Shown here piece after piece: positions 17,824 to 29,007 of a stretch of DNA of 64,000 nt; the stretch's first letter is position 1; each line of letters begins with the position of its first letter. The position numbers and the translations under genes were made by a program. Source of the DNA: Candidatus Marinacidobacterales bacterium (GTDB lineage: Bacteria > Acidobacteriota > Vicinamibacteria > Marinacidobacterales > SMYC01); NCBI GenBank assembly GCA_965237955.1, contig OZ250169.1, positions 5,440,001 to 5,504,000 on the forward strand, in the 5' to 3' direction. The notes beneath the pieces are model-generated. The model was not told the origin of the DNA. It worked only from the letters and a program-made list of their open reading frames with translations, and did no database searches.

Positions 17824-19165
17824 ATGACTCACCTCTTTCTCATTCTTTTCCTTGCCGCGGCGACGTTTGTTTCGGGCAGCCGGTGGAGCGCTATACCATG
17901 GCGCTCACGGGAGATTCGATCGTCACGCGCAAGCTCTCGGTCTACGAAGAGCCAGAGTTTCTGGAGATGATCGAGCTCATCCGGAGCGCCGACGTCGCTT
18001 TCACGAACGTCGAGATCCTCTTCCACGACTACGAGTCCTACCCCATGGCGGCGGGCGGTGGCACCTATATGAGAGCGCAACCGGAGATCGCGAAGGAGCT
18101 CGCCTGGGCGGGATTCGACCTGGGCTCTCTCGCCAACAACCACTCGGGGGATTACGGTCCACCGGCGATGCTCCTCACCGAGAAGCATGTCCGGGAGGCG
18201 GGCATGACCGGCGCCGGGATCGGGAAGAGTCTCGCGGAAGCGCGCGAAGCCAAGTTTCTCGAGACGACGAAAGCGCGCATCGCCTTCATCTCGGTCGCAT
18301 CGACGTTCCCCGACCACGCGATGGCAAGTGCCACCCGAGACGATATTCCCCCACGGCCCGGGCTCAACCCCTTGCGGCATCAGACGACCTACCGCGTGAG
18401 CCGTGCACGCCTCGAAGCCCTGCGCGCCACGATGGAAGAGCTCTCGATGAATCCTCCCGAGGAAGGCGACTCCTTGAGGTTCCTGCGGTCCCAATTCGTC
18501 GCAGGCGATCCCGCCGATGTGATCACCGAGCCACACGCGGGGGATCTGGCTGCGATCGCCGCCGTGGTTCGAAACGCCGCGCGCCAGGCGGACTACACCA
18601 TCGTCACGATCCATGCGCACGAAGGCGACAAGAGCCGCTTCGTCCCGGCGCAGTTTCTCGTGACGTTCGCGCGGGCGATGATCGACGAGGGCGCCGATGT
18701 CTTCGTGGGACACGGCCCTCACGTACTGCGCGCCGTCGAGATCTACAAAGGAAAGCCGATTCTCTACAGTCTCGGAGACTTCCTCTTCCAGAACGAGACG
18801 CTCCAGAGACTGCCTCACGAAAACTACGCCCGCTACGAGCTGGGAGAGGACAAAGGGCTTGCCGACTTCAACGACGCGCGGTACGAGAACGACACCGTGG
18901 GCTCTCCCGCGACGCCCGAGATATGGGAGTCCGTCGTCGCCAGGCCCGTGTTCGAAGGCGACGCGTCGTGGAGCTACGGCTTCACCCGATCTCTCTCGGT
19001 TTCGGGAAAGCACGAACCGTGCGCGGGAGGCCGATGTTCGCGGACGAGGCGCTGGGACGAAAGATCATCGACGACTTGAAACGACTCTCCGAGCCCTTCG
19101 GGACAGAAATCGACTACGTGGACGGCGTGGGCGTCGTGCGCCTCGCGATGCCCACGAGCAACTAG
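17824..19165 (+). pseudogene. CapA-family metallophosphatase-fold protein with two frameshifts
   Basis: ALTGD, FTNVE, SLANNHSGDYG, IHAHEG, GHGPHVLR and YSLGDF. The signal peptide (17824) and the C-terminus (to 19165) are in other frames. Confidence 0.85.
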
Positions 19166-19357
19166 AAATGCTCGGGCTCGTTCTACTCGCGCTGAAATCA
19201 ATAGGAAAAATCAAGGTCCGTTGGCATGCCGGGGAGAGGCAGAACTCAATTTAAAGGGGGTTCGCATGAGTCGTTGGTCAAAGCTGAGCTGAATCCGACG
19301 CGTGGCTAGCGGAATTCACGCGGAGAGGAGCTGCTAGCTCTGATTGAGACACAGCAC

Positions 19358-20481
19358 GGCGTTGGTGCATGAATCAGTTCGGGACACGCACGGAACCTTT
19401 TGGCGGCCCAACTTACTCCCCGACGATCGCTTGGGATTCAGGCTTGCCCAGCTCAGCCATCCGGTTCAATACGTTGCACCCGATCATCGCCTCCCGCTTC
19501 TGCGATTCGTAGCCGCACGCGCGAAGGCTGTTTCCGAGCGTGCGCTTGTACTGAAGAAAAGATTCTCGACGGTGCCCTGTCCGCCCTGTCGACGATACCA
19601 TGACTCCCGCTGCCAGCCTTGGCGTCCGACTTTGCGAATCGTCTCGAGGGTCGCGTTCCGCTGCGCCCACGTGCCCTCGGCGCCGTCCGAAGGCACCGCC
19701 CCTCGTCGAGGTGGGATCACGATCTTGATGTTCGCGGTGCCGACCTCACCGAGCAGCTCATACACTGACCGCGTGTCGTAGGCCCCATCGGCTGTGAAAC
19801 GTCGGATCGGAGAGTCGACCTGTTCGAGCAGACACGGGACAGTGGACGGATCGTCCTCGCTGCTCTTCGTGCGTGTCGCCGCCACGATGAAGCCATCGTC
19901 ATCCACGCCGACATGCAGCTTCCACCATTGTCGACGCGCCTTCGAGCTCTTGCGCCTGTGGACATGCCACTCACCGGCACCCGAGAGTTTGAGTCCTTTC
20001 GAGTCGACAATCAGATGGAGCGCGCCATCATGCGCTCTGGTGGGACAAGGCACGTCGACGTCTTTGTTCCGCCGCGACAGCGTGGTGTGGTCCGGTGCTT
20101 TCAGGTCGAGCTCCATCAACCGCAACAACGAGTCGAGGAATCCCTCGGTCTGTCGGAGCGGAAGGTGAAAGACCATGCGCAACGTCTTAGCCGTCACGAT
20201 TGCCAGATTTCGAGTAGCGCGGCTGGCCACCGCGACGGCCGTTCCGCGGTGGCGTCCAGGCTTCGCGCGCCTCTTGGCTGAACCAGACCGTGATGTCGCC
20301 ACGGCTCTTGAGACCACGCTCATACTCCGGCCAGTTGGTCACGCGATACTTCGTCTTGTATTTGCGGTTCACTCTGGTGGACTTGCGCGCGGCCATGGGT
20401 TCATCTCCTCGATATTCGATGTATCGAGAAGCTGAGTCGAAGCGGTTGCCGGAGATCAAGAGCTATTCATGCACCAAAGCC
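19358..20481 (-). mobile_element. IS5-family (IS903-like) element, degenerate copy
   Basis: GGCGTTGGTGCATGAAT / ATTCATGCACCAAAGCC IRs. The transposase is frameshifted relative to the copy at 45055. No TSD. Confidence 0.9.
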
Positions 20482-20737
20482 CGCCTGCTCTGGCAGTTTA
20501 GCAACGCGACGTCTTTCGAATTCCGCCAATTGGCTTCGCCGTCGCAAAAATACCTCATTGGAGGATACGATGACGGGCTTCGGCGAGGGCGCGCCGGAAC
20601 GGGATGCGGGCAGCCTCGAGCTTGGCGCGAGCGCCGCCGTCTGAGTGCCGCGGGTGAGCGACTGCGACCGACTGGCTGGCCCTATTGAGACGACCATTGC
20701 CCAGACCGTCTCGCGTGTGGTAAGAGGAGAGACAGAA

Positions 20738-22084
20738 ATGAAAATCTTTTTCGATCACATTGAGCTGTGGCTAAGCGGGGCGGCCTTGCTGATCGTCGTG
20801 ATCGTACCCTCCTTGATTGTTCCACCCGACGACGATATCTGGAAGGCGACGGCAATCACCGCCATCAGTGTAGGAACGCTTCATGGCATTATCTTTTGGG
20901 CAGTTCGCAGGCAGCGCCAACGAGCGGAGGAGATGCTTCGGCGCAGCGAAGAACGTGCTCGGCAATCGCAAAAAATGGAAGCCGTGGGCATCCTGGCGGG
21001 CGGCGTGGCCCACGATTTCAACAACCTTCTCTTGATCATCACGGGTCACAGCGACCTCCTTGCTCAGAGCCTCGCTGACGATTCAATGCGCGACAGCGCG
21101 AAGGAGATAGGCAAGGCCGCCGAGCGCGCGTCGTCGCTGACTCGTCGACTTCTTGCTTTTAGCCGCGGGCAAACGCTCGAGCCGAGAGTCGTGGAACTGA
21201 AGTCGCTCGTGAGAGGGATGAAAGAAATGGTGAGACGCCTGATTCGGGAGAGCATCGATCTCGAACTGGTCATCGATCCGCGGCCCGGACGAGTGAAGGC
21301 CGACCCCGGGCAGATCGAGCAAGTGATTATGAACCTGGTTGCCAACGCCGGAGACGCGATGCCGGGAGTTGGCACGCTGTCGATGGAAGTGGCAAACGTC
21401 GATTTCGACGACGGCGACGCCGTCGGGGTTCCGGCAGGCTCCTACGTCATGCTCGCAGTAAGCGACACTGGCTGTGGGATGGATGCAGAAACGCGGAGCC
21501 GAATTTTCGATCCGTTCTTCACTACCAAGAAGCAGCCCCAAAGGACGGGGCTCGGCCTTTCGACCGTCTATGGCATCATAAAGCAGAGCGGAGGAAACAT
21601 CACGGTCGACAGCGACCCCGGGCTAGGGACAACTTTCAAGGCGTTCTTGCCGCGGGTAGAAGAAACGGTCGATCACGCGCCGCGGTCGTCCGGTGCTGCG
21701 ATTGAGGGAGGCACGGAAACGGTCCTGCTGGTCGAAGATGAGTCGGCGGTTCGAGCGCTCATCCGCAAGGTTCTGTCCAGCAAGGGCTACACCGTTCTGG
21801 AAGCGGGCCATCCCGACGAAGCTCTCCGACTCGGAGAGAGTCACGAAGGCCCGATCCATTTGACTCTGACAGACATCGTGATGCCCGGTATGAACGGCCG
21901 GGAGTTGGCCAGACGTGTCATGTCCTCGCGCCAAGAGATGAAGGTGCTCTACATGTCGGGCTATTCACCGGACAGTCATCATGCCATGTTGGAGCCGGAC
22001 GGTGTCCTCCTTGCGAAGCCGTTTTCGCCGGAAGCCCTGCTTCGCAAAGTGCGCGACGTGCTGGATCTGAGCCCGAGAGAGTAG
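20738..22084 (+). CDS. Hybrid sensor histidine kinase/response regulator (CckA-like)
   Basis: Two TM helices, AGGVAHDFNNLL, NLVANAGDAM, DTGCGM, FDPFFTTK, GLGLSTVYGI and a C-terminal receiver domain. Confidence 0.92.
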   Translation: MKIFFDHIELWLSGAALLIVVIVPSLIVPPDDDIWKATAITAISVGTLHGIIFWAVRRQRQRAEEMLRRSEERARQSQKMEAVGILAGGVAHDFNNLLLIITGHSDLLAQSLADDSMRDSAKEIGKAAERASSLTRRLLAFSRGQTLEPRVVELKSLVRGMKEMVRRLIRESIDLELVIDPRPGRVKADPGQIEQVIMNLVANAGDAMPGVGTLSMEVANVDFDDGDAVGVPAGSYVMLAVSDTGCGMDAETRSRIFDPFFTTKKQPQRTGLGLSTVYGIIKQSGGNITVDSDPGLGTTFKAFLPRVEETVDHAPRSSGAAIEGGTETVLLVEDESAVRALIRKVLSSKGYTVLEAGHPDEALRLGESHEGPIHLTLTDIVMPGMNGRELARRVMSSRQEMKVLYMSGYSPDSHHAMLEPDGVLLAKPFSPEALLRKVRDVLDLSPRE

Positions 22085-22522
22085 CGGCGGCGCTGCGAAC
22101 CCGCCGGGTACCGGCTGTACCAAAGCTGCATCATCCTATTGCCGGTCCGCGGTCGGTGCTTAGAGGTCCGTCAACATCTCCGCGTGTTGCGTCTCCCAAT
22201 TCTGCGAAGATTCCTCCGAAAGCGTCTCGAGACGGGTTCAACTGGGGAAGACATGCGCCCGAAGGCGATACACGCGGAGAGGGGCTCTTCGGCCACGATG
22301 AGCCTGGGCGAAAGCGCGCGACGCCCATGTCATGGGTGATGACGATGGTCGTCGTCTGGCGTTAGCGATCGCCTCGATGTCGCCGAGCCAACCGCCCCTT
22401 GTTTGACACCCAGCCATGAGATAGTTTCTCAACCGACGGAAAGGAGACTTGTGTAAATAATTACAGGAGCCTTGGATAATTTCAACTAAGAAAGGACTTG
22501 ATTCCCAAAGGAGGCGAATATC

Positions 22523-22942
22523 ATGGAACGCGCAATCAGATCGATGGTTTTGATGATGACCGTCAGCATTCTAGGTGGCTGCGGACAACAAGCGACTGAA
22601 CAAGCGAAAAAGGAAATGAAACGGATCGGCATGGTAATCGGTATCAAACCGGATATGATCGAAGAATACAAAAGACTTCATTCAGATTCTAATCCTGGTG
22701 TCCGCGACTTGTTGAACGAATACCATATCCACAATTTATCCATATTTCTTCAGGAGATCGATGGCAAGTTCTATGAATTTGGCTATTACGAATATACCGG
22801 GGATGATTTTGAGAGAGATATGGCCAAGCTGGCTGCCGAACCTCGAAACATTGGATGGCTGAAGATCTGTGACCCAATGCAGATTCCGCTTCCCGGTTTG
22901 GAAAGCTGGGCGGAAATGGAGCAGGTATATTTCAACGAATAA
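22523..22942 (+). CDS. L-rhamnose/L-fucose mutarotase family protein with a lipoprotein signal
   Basis: LGGC lipobox, EEYKRLH, IHNLSIF, YYEYTGDDF and WAEMEQVY. Confidence 0.85.
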   Translation: MERAIRSMVLMMTVSILGGCGQQATEQAKKEMKRIGMVIGIKPDMIEEYKRLHSDSNPGVRDLLNEYHIHNLSIFLQEIDGKFYEFGYYEYTGDDFERDMAKLAAEPRNIGWLKICDPMQIPLPGLESWAEMEQVYFNE

Positions 22943-23001
22943 CTCTTGGCAAACGTATCTCGGGGCTGGTTTCTGATGACCGAATAAGAAAGAAGTCACT
23001 A

Positions 23002-24651
23002 ATGCAAAGTTCAGGAGTCACAATTCCAATTGTTGATCTCGTCATCGTTGCAGTTTATCTGCTTGGCATCATGACGATTGGTATTCTTGTGGGATACAAG
23101 AAAAGGGTCGGCAGTGAGGAGTTTTTTCTGGCAGGCAAATCATTGCGGTGGCCCATAATTGGGGCAGCACTGTTTACCGCCAATATCTCGACGATTCATT
23201 TGGTTGGCTTGGCTGCAGACGGATACAGAATCGGTCTGGTCGTCGGTAACTTTGAATGGATGGCTTCGTTTACGCTAATTATCCTCGGACTTGTTTTTGC
23301 CCCTTTCTATTTTCGAAGCAAGATCGGTACGTTGCCTGAATATCTTGAAAGGAGATACAGCAGTGATTCTCGTATGATTATGGCATTCACTACATTGTTG
23401 GGTGCTCTTTTGATCCACATTGGAATAAGCCTTTACGCTGGCGCAAAGGTTATGCAGCATTTCTTCGGAATCAACATCTATGTGTCCATCATTGTTATAG
23501 CAACCATTACCGCGACTTACACCATTATCGGGGGCCTCAAAGCAATCGTAGTTACCGACGCAATCCAGGCAGTCTTGTTGTTGGTCGGCACAGCAATCCT
23601 GACGCTAACCGCTATACTTACCCTGCCAGAGATCGGCATCCATTCCCTGTCACAATTCCAAGAAGCAATTAAGCTCGATCAAATGAGCATGGTCCATGAT
23701 TTCAAGAATAGCGTGACAGGTCATCTAAATGAATACTCGTGGGTTTCGGTCTTGCTCGGCTATCCGATTTTGGGCGTTTGGTATTGGTGTACGGATCAGA
23801 CGATTGTGCAGAAAGTACTTGGCGCTCGAAGTGAACGAGATGCACAGTATGGCGCCATTTTCGCAGGATTCCTCAAGATTTTGCCCGTCTTTCTAATGGT
23901 CTTTCCGGGTGTCTTAGGCTATTTGCTTTTCAAAAATCAGATCGTCGAGCCTAACGATACCTTGCTTGTCATGATGCAGAATCTGTTGCCCACTGGATTA
24001 AGGGGCTTGATGGCTGCTGCTCTGCTTGCAGCCTTGATGAGCACCATCGAGGCGGCTCTCAACAGCACGGCTTATGTTACTGCTGAAGACATTGTCAAGC
24101 GCATAAGACCGAAAACGAAGGACCGATCGCTTGTTTTGATCGGTCGAATAACTGCTGTTGTGGTTATCTTGTTGGCAATGGCGTGGTCAACTCAAGGAGG
24201 AAGATTTACTAGTATTTTCGTAGCAATCAATAAGATACCGATGATGTTTGCACCGGCGATTACCTGCGTTTTTGTTTGGGGAGTTTTTTGGCCTCGTGGA
24301 ACTAAACAAGCTGCCTTGGCGGCCCTCACCCTGGGATCAATTGCGGGGGGAGCGTATTTCCTAGTCGACTTGCCTGCTTTTGGTGATATCCAACTCGTTA
24401 CCGATCCTGAGAAAGGCTTGGGTATACCCTTCATGCAGGTTGGATGGTGGTTGTTCTGTTTCTGTAGTGTGGTTTATGTGATCGTTAGTCTTTTGACTCC
24501 AAAACCTGGTCGCGAACAGCTCGAGAATCTTTGCTGGGAACACCCATTCAGGGCCATCACTCAGAGTGAATCAAAGGGCATTAACGGTCCAGCAGTGGCG
24601 GCAGCCATCTTGTTTGTGACTGTGATTATCCTTTACACTATCTTTCGTTAG
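23002..24651 (+). CDS. Sodium:solute symporter (SGLT-like sugar transporter)
   Basis: FFLAGKSL, LFTANIST, TLPEYLERRY, GGLKAIVVTD, WYWCTDQTIVQ and AALMST. Confidence 0.93.
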   Translation: MQSSGVTIPIVDLVIVAVYLLGIMTIGILVGYKKRVGSEEFFLAGKSLRWPIIGAALFTANISTIHLVGLAADGYRIGLVVGNFEWMASFTLIILGLVFAPFYFRSKIGTLPEYLERRYSSDSRMIMAFTTLLGALLIHIGISLYAGAKVMQHFFGINIYVSIIVIATITATYTIIGGLKAIVVTDAIQAVLLLVGTAILTLTAILTLPEIGIHSLSQFQEAIKLDQMSMVHDFKNSVTGHLNEYSWVSVLLGYPILGVWYWCTDQTIVQKVLGARSERDAQYGAIFAGFLKILPVFLMVFPGVLGYLLFKNQIVEPNDTLLVMMQNLLPTGLRGLMAAALLAALMSTIEAALNSTAYVTAEDIVKRIRPKTKDRSLVLIGRITAVVVILLAMAWSTQGGRFTSIFVAINKIPMMFAPAITCVFVWGVFWPRGTKQAALAALTLGSIAGGAYFLVDLPAFGDIQLVTDPEKGLGIPFMQVGWWLFCFCSVVYVIVSLLTPKPGREQLENLCWEHPFRAITQSESKGINGPAVAAAILFVTVIILYTIFR

Positions 24652-24681
24652 AACAATTCTCTGAAAGACAAGAGCACTATC

Positions 24682-24874
24682 ATGCGACAGGCAATCATGG
24701 TTGAACCGGGGAGTTGGTATGAGAATGACACTCAAGGATGTCAAAATGCCTGAAGAGCAAATTCCAGCTCTGGCTAAGCAGAGTATGGTTTTACCTGATT
24801 ACAAGGGAAATCCGCGTGTGGCAACTGAAGAGGAAATGTTGGCCCTGATCGAGCAGGCATATTTTGGAATTTGA
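24682..24874 (+). pseudogene. Deletion scar: start of a Zn-dependent dehydrogenase joined to the tail of an Fe-dependent alcohol dehydrogenase
   Basis: MRQAIMVEPG, then in another frame GMRMTLKDV...IPALA...NPRVATEEEMLALIEQAY. Confidence 0.6.
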
Positions 24875-24925
24875 CTGGAAGAAACAACCTGTTCGGGGTC
24901 GTTGCAGAAAAGGGGCAGGGCAGAA

Positions 24926-26461
24926 ATGTTAAGAAAGTCGATTGAATTGGCAGCGATATTGACCGTAGTGATAGTGACAACAGGTTTGCTTACCGGCTGT
25001 AAAAATGACCCCGTGATCGAGGAATCCTATAAACCTACCTGGAGATCTCTAAAACGCTATCCAATCCCGCAGTGGCTAAAAGACGGCAAGTTTGGAATTT
25101 ATACGCATTGGGGAATCTATTCGGTACCTGCCCTGGGTCCCAATGGTACCGGCTATGGCCCTGCTATTTATGCGGGTGAAGATTCCGAACAGTATAAACA
25201 CCATGTGGAAACCTACGGTCCTCTTTCGGAATTCGGATACAAGGACTTCATACCTATGTTCAAGGCGGAGAAGTTCGATGCTGACGAATGGGCAGAGCTT
25301 TTTGAAAAGTCAGGCGCCAAATTCGCCGGTCCAGTCGTAGAGCACCACGATGGCTTCGCAATGTGGGATACCAAGTACTCAGAGTGGAATGCTGCGAAGA
25401 TGGGACCGAAAAGAGATGTCGTCGCGGAGTTAGAAAAAGCCATCAAGAAGCGCGACATGAAGTTTGTGACGACATTCCACCATGCCACGAACTGGACTTA
25501 CTTTCCTGTCTGGGACGAGAGCTGCGACTGTTCCGATCCACGGTATTCAGGATTATACGGCCAGATACACGAGAGAGGAGAAAAGCCCAGCAAGGAGTAC
25601 CTAGATGAATGGCACGGAAAAATAATAGAAGTTATAGATAAATATGATCCGGACCTTATATGGTTTGATGGTGGTCTGGCTGGAATAAGGGACGATTATC
25701 ACAAGAACTTTCTGGCCTATTTTTATAACAAATCCGTTGAGCGCGGCAAGGAAGTTGTCGCATCCTACAAAACTCATGATTTTCCGCCTGGCGTTGGTAT
25801 CCAGGACATAGGTGGGATGATGCCTGAGTTGACACATCACATGTGGATGACGGATACCTCTGTGGATGACCCAGCCGCATGGTCTTACACTAAGAACGCG
25901 GGCTTCAAATCGGTAAATACGCTAGTGGATAACCTGGTGGATAGAGTCAGTAAGAATGGATTTCTTTTACTCAACGTTGGTCCCAAACCTGATGGAACAA
26001 TCCCTGAAGAGGCCAAGGAACGTCTGCTGGGGATAGGCGAGTGGCTGAAGGTAAACGGCGAAGCGATTTACGGTACCACGGCGTGGATAAAATATGGAGA
26101 AGGTCCTGCTCATGCCCCTCTGCCCAGAGGCTACTGGGTAGGGGACTACGTCGAATTTCAGAAGAAGCGAAAGAGAGTCCAACTTACAGCTCAGGACATC
26201 AGATTTACCGTTAAGGATAACGTCATATACGCGATTTCTCTTGATTGGCCAAGCGATGAGGTGACAATCAAATACCTGGCTGGCGAAGACGATTATGTTG
26301 GATTGTATGAATCAGAGATTAAATCCGTAAAGATGCTTGGTGTTGATGAAGAACTGGAATGGAAAATGACTGAAGACGGCCTCACAATCAAACCCCCGGA
26401 CAAAAAACCTTGCGAGCATGCTTTCACCTTCAAGATTGAACGCAAAGCATTGAGTCTATAG
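24926..26461 (+). CDS. Alpha-L-fucosidase (GH29), lipoprotein
   Basis: PQWLKDGKFGIYTHWGIYSVP, EHHDGFAMW, PDLIWFD nucleophile, VSKNGFLLLNVGP and WLKVNGEAIY. LTGC lipobox. Confidence 0.95.
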   Translation: MLRKSIELAAILTVVIVTTGLLTGCKNDPVIEESYKPTWRSLKRYPIPQWLKDGKFGIYTHWGIYSVPALGPNGTGYGPAIYAGEDSEQYKHHVETYGPLSEFGYKDFIPMFKAEKFDADEWAELFEKSGAKFAGPVVEHHDGFAMWDTKYSEWNAAKMGPKRDVVAELEKAIKKRDMKFVTTFHHATNWTYFPVWDESCDCSDPRYSGLYGQIHERGEKPSKEYLDEWHGKIIEVIDKYDPDLIWFDGGLAGIRDDYHKNFLAYFYNKSVERGKEVVASYKTHDFPPGVGIQDIGGMMPELTHHMWMTDTSVDDPAAWSYTKNAGFKSVNTLVDNLVDRVSKNGFLLLNVGPKPDGTIPEEAKERLLGIGEWLKVNGEAIYGTTAWIKYGEGPAHAPLPRGYWVGDYVEFQKKRKRVQLTAQDIRFTVKDNVIYAISLDWPSDEVTIKYLAGEDDYVGLYESEIKSVKMLGVDEELEWKMTEDGLTIKPPDKKPCEHAFTFKIERKALSL

Positions 26462-26910
26462 GCTACTTTGGTGAACAAGGGCCAGCGACGGCCACCGCCA
26501 CGTGAACCTCTCCCTTGGGGAGAGGTCGAGCGAGCGCAGCTCACCCGGGTGAGGGTCGCCGAATTAACTGGCACGAAGCGTCCCGCGCGGAGCAATCGGA
26601 GCTCCTCTCGGCCGTGACCAATCGCCCGTGAAGCGATCCTCGCAAAGCATCGACCCCAAGGCTTCATGGGCCTCAACTTGGCCCACGGCGGAGAGCATCA
26701 TTCCCAATAGCTCTCGCACGCTGAAGTTCTCGAGGCCGGCAGCGAGGAGGCGGTCGATTTCGTCGTCGAGAGTCTTGGACAGGGAGTTTTGTGATAACGT
26801 TGGGTTTGGGATCTGAAGGCATTGCTTGTTCCTTTCAAGTAAATGGGTCCTTGCCGCAAGGTGGCAGCCTTGGGGCTTTTCTTTTTGGCTCGCGCTTGCG
26901 AGCCACTCCC
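26462..26910 (-). pseudogene. Degraded transposase remnants (IS256-like 5' end plus another fragment)
   Basis: GGGAGTG-type end near 26910, SD and ATG near 26823, then SVRELLGMMLSAVGQVE followed by an abrupt break. Confidence 0.35.
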
Positions 26911-27214
26911 ACGCAGTGTATCTCCGGAGTCGATCCGATCGGACAGCAACTGAGAGTTCGACCGCTCGGTACGGAGAATCCCTACGCCGTCGTTGTCGGC
27001 GTCGTCGGCCACGTGCGGCTTCACGACCTCACGAGACCACTCTTGCCGCAAATCTACAGGCCTCTCTCCCCGGGCCTCAACTACAAGCGTAGCCCTGCGA
27101 ACGACCGGAGATCCGAAATCCCTGGCGCCTCTGGTTCGCGACGAGATCAAGACAATGAGCCCCGGTGCGGCGATCCAAGACATGCTTCTGATGGAGGAGC
27201 TCGTCTCGAAAGCC

Positions 27215-28576
27215 GGATCTGTCCCGGGTTCCGTGGAAATAAGAATGGCGTAACCTCCGGTTAACCAAAATCAAAACCGCGCCTGAAAAGGCGAGGAGGA
27301 GGATTACGCCATGAAGAAGCCTACCACCATATCCAAGGAGTCTGTAAGCGAGTACCGGGAGTTCGTCCAGCTTCGGTTGCGCAAGCGGGTACTGGAGGCG
27401 ATCGAGGTTGTGCTCGAGGAGGAAGTGGACCAAGCGCTGGGTTGTGTTAGCTACGAGCGTTCGGAAGGACGCCGTGGTTATCGCAACGGCGCCGAGACCC
27501 GCCGCGTGACGACATCGGTGGGAACACGCGAGCTGCGAGTGCCACGAGCCCGTGTGCGAGACGAGGAAACGGGAGAGACGACGGAGTTCAAAAGCGAGCT
27601 GTTGCCCCGGTACGCGCGCCGCACTCGTGAGGTCGACGAGGTGATCTTGGGGACATACTTGTCGGGCGCGAACAGCCGTCGGATCCGCAGGGCGCTGAAA
27701 CCGCTGCTTGGTGAAGAGCACTTATCGAAAAGCGCGGTGTCTCGCGTGGTTAGCCGACTAAAAGAGCGCTTCGAAGAATGGCAGAGCCGTGACCTGAAGT
27801 CTACGCGATCGTTTACCTGGACGGCTTCCACCTGAAGGTGCGGATGGCGAAGCGTGTGATCAGCGTGCCTGTGCTGGCAGCGCTCGGGGTCTCGCCAGAC
27901 GGGCAGAAACGTCTGTTGTCGTTGCGTCTGGCAGTGAGCGAATCCTCGACGCATTGGGGCTCCGCGCTGGAAGGACTCCAGGCCCGAGGACTACGGGCTC
28001 CCAAGCTGGTGATCAGCGACGGCCACAAGGGGCTGACGAAGGCGCTCGAGAAGTGGCCGGAGTGCCGGTTGCAGCGATGTACGGAGCACAAGCGCGCCAA
28101 CTTGCTCGAACATTGCCCGGCGCACGCACGCCGCGAGCTCCGGCGTGACTACAACCGGATTGTCTACAGCAAAAACGGTATCGATGCTCGCAAAGCCTAT
28201 GACAAGCTCGTCGCCAAGTGGACGCCTCTCGCGCCGGCCGTCGTCCGAAGCCTAGAGGAGGCCGGCAATCAGCTGCTGACCTTCTACGAATTCCCTCGTG
28301 CCATGTGGAAATCGATTCGCACGACCAATGCTCTGGAGAATCTCAACCGCGAGTTTCGACGCCGGACGAAAACCCAAGCGTCGTTCTCCAGTGAGGAGTC
28401 CGCGGTCGCTTTGCTGTTTGGGCTTATCGCCTCTGGCCAGATTCAACTACGACGCATCGACGGCTACCAACGTCTGAGCGAGGTTCTCGAACACGCGGAG
28501 GTTGCCGCTTGATCTGATACCCTGATGACGGAGTCGAGGTGCGCTGTTCTTTTTCCACGGACCTCGGGACACATCC
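27215..28576 (+). mobile_element. IS256-family element C, copy 2 (frameshift near 27790)
   Basis: Close homolog of 15362-16728. 8-bp TSD CGAAAGCC (27207-27214, 28577-28584). Confidence 0.95.
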
Positions 28577-29007
28577 CGAAAGCCCGTGCCCAAGCGCGGC
28601 TGAGCCTCGTATTGATGATCGCGTTCGGAGTCTTCGCCGTCGTGCTCGCTTCGGTGGGTCTGTTCGGTGTGATCCCTACGCTGTGAGCACCCGCAAGGTC
28701 GAGCTTGGAATCCGCATAGCGCTCGGCGCGAGCTCGGCCGTCATTCGAAAGGGAATCTCGCCGAAGGCGGGCGTCTCGTTCTCACCGGCATCCCGCTCGG
28801 TTTCCTGGGGGCGGCGGTGCTCGCGCATTTGATGGGAGGCCTGTTACGGAGTCGCTCCCGTCGACCCCATCACCTACGCGTCTGTTGCTTTGACGCTCGG
28901 CGCCGTGGCGCTCGCCGGCTGCTGTCCCCCGCCCCACGATTTCTTTGGACAGTGATTTGAGAGAATACCGAACAGGAGGATCACGATGTCCAGAGGAAGA
29001 AATATAG

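Noticed and set aside
17829-19013. 394-aa antisense ORF and 437-aa alternate-frame ORF
   Set aside because: High-GC shadows of CapA. Only the last ~65 aa of the alternate frame look real.
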